Source: an uncultured delta proteobacterium
GTDB lineage: Bacteria > Desulfobacterota > RBG-13-43-22
DNA length: 63,485 nt
Reading direction: 5' to 3'
Assembly (NCBI GenBank): GCA_963743305.1
Contig: CAVUPH010000043.1
Span: 1-63,485 of the forward strand
The number at the start of each line of letters is the position of its first letter. The first letter of the stretch is position 1. This document shows, one piece after another, positions 62,205 through 63,485 of this stretch. Made by a program: the position numbers and the translations under genes. Below the pieces are notes generated by a model. That model was given only the letters and a program-made list of their open reading frames with translations, had not been told where the DNA came from and did not search any database.

Positions 62205-63258
62205 ATGCCTCTCTACCTGAACAAGATTCTGATCCCTCTCATTATCTTTCTGATTATATTGGTCGTAACCCTAATCCTCCGGGCCGTGGTTATGCGGTCC
62301 TTTCGCCACTGGGCAGAGCGGACCAATCATCACCTGGATGACCTTATCGTCCAGGCAATCAAGATTCCCTTCCCTTTTCCTATGCCTGGCCATTGGCCTG
62401 CATCTGGCCGTCGAATTTTCGGAACTCCCCTCTCGCTACGTTTTTTATGTACACCGAAAACCATCCATTTGGTCATCGTTCTATCGGTGGTCATCGGCGC
62501 CACCCATGTCTCGGAGATGTTTTTCCGTTATTATATCAAAAGATATGATCTGTCGGTTTCAGCTCCCGGCCTGGCCATCGGGGTCATTACCGGGATTCTC
62601 TGGATCCTGGGTTTTTTAGTCGCCTTGGCCCTCCTGGGAGTCTCCATCGCCCCAATGCTTACGGCCCTGGGGATCGGCGGTCTGGCCGTCGGCCTGGCGC
62701 TTAAGGATACCCTGGAGAACATTTTTGCCGGGATCAATGTGCTCATGGAAAAATCCATCCGGGTGGGGGATTGTTTCCGGTTGGAAAGCGGGCAGGAAGG
62801 GACCGTAAAAGACATCACCTGGCGGACGGCTCCACCCACATCCATCTCCTGGCCAACAACGTCGTGATCATCCCCAACAGCAAGCTGGCCCAAAGCGTCA
62901 TCACGAATTATTATTTGCCGGAAAAGCGTCTTTCGCTCCAAATTCCCGTATCGGTCAGCTATGACACGGATCCCGAGCAGGTGGAGCGCATCCTGATCGA
63001 GGTGGCCCAGAAGACCGCCGGGGAGGTTCCCGGACTGTTGCCGGAACCGGAGCCTTTTGTCCGCTTTATTCCAGGTTTCGGAGCCAGCTCCCTGGATTTT
63101 ACACTGATCTGCCAGGTGAACGAGTTCGTGGACAACTACCCGGCCCAGCATGAGTTCTGCGGAAACGTATCTTCAAGCGTTTCAAAGAAGAAGGCATCGA
63201 GATCCCCTTCCCGCAACGTACGGTTCATCTGCGGCCGGAAAAGCAGGAGAGCGCATGA
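62205..63258 (+). CDS. MscS-family small-conductance mechanosensitive channel; several frameshifts
   Basis: ALGIGGLAVGLALKDTL.N.FAG, IPNSKL, VSYDTD, FGASSLDF, GIEIPFPQ. Confidence 0.85.
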
Positions 63259-63467
63259 ACAATCAAAACCAATCTTTCGACTTCAGGCAGTGCATCCTGC
63301 TGCTCAAATCGACCGGCAGGAAGGCCAGGGATCTGAAGGAACTGCGGGAGGCCCTGGCGACGGTTTCCGACCGGTCCATCTATCATCATACCCGTGAATA
63401 TTTTCTGAAGGATATCAGTGTCGAGTATACCAACGATTTCGCCCATTGGGCGAGCAATACGCTGTAA
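63255..63467 (+). CDS. DUF5752-like protein, N-terminal part (probably truncated near the window end)
   Basis: TGRKARDL.EL..L..V...SIYHH..EY.NDFA.W; ATGA overlap with the mscS-family stop. Confidence 0.6.
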   Translation: MNNQNQSFDFRQCILLLKSTGRKARDLKELREALATVSDRSIYHHTREYFLKDISVEYTNDFAHWASNTL

Positions 63468-63485
63468 CTGTTTAGCAGGACATAA

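Noticed and set aside
1585-63258. Programmed frameshifting, phase variation or mass pseudogenisation
   Set aside because: Single-base indels, mostly in short homopolymers, hit housekeeping genes (dapA, nrdD, uvrA) without accompanying in-frame stops, which is typical of long-read error
63465-63485. Genuine early stop of the DUF5752-like gene
   Set aside because: Falls within about 20 bp of the window end, where sequence quality and context cannot be judged

Overview
A 63.5 kb chromosomal segment from a GC-rich anaerobe, most likely Desulfobacterota (Deltaproteobacteria). This is inferred from the split Fo operon atpZ-I-B-E followed by rex, from ahbC and from the class III RNR. About 20 genes, including housekeeping ones (dapA, nrdD, uvrA), carry single-base frameshifts, mostly at homopolymers, which points to long-read indel errors, so split ORFs are merged here. 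The most notable region is 1.6-24.1 kb on the minus strand. It is a putatively TetR-controlled catabolic cluster: ABC transporter, B12-dependent acyl-CoA mutase with a remodelled active site, hydantoinase A/B, aryl-CoA ligase and a three-subunit xanthine-dehydrogenase-family molybdoenzyme. Its enzyme inventory mirrors the anaerobic indoleacetate (iaa) pathway. Embedded in it is an RHS polymorphic-toxin cassette: a signal-peptide-bearing, Cys-rich RHS protein, a CPBP/CAAX protease in the immunity position, and an orphan RHS tip with a small membrane protein. Both toxin tips end in C-P-x-K. The rest holds housekeeping and transport genes, an atypical ClpX-like ATPase, a LamG surface protein with a YLPLI tail, a complete IS1634-family element, two internally deleted gene relics, an IS3 relic, a putative nucleotidyltransferase TA pair and REP-like palindromes. 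No CRISPR array, rRNA or tRNA was seen. All calls are by-eye motif recognition; no database searches were run.
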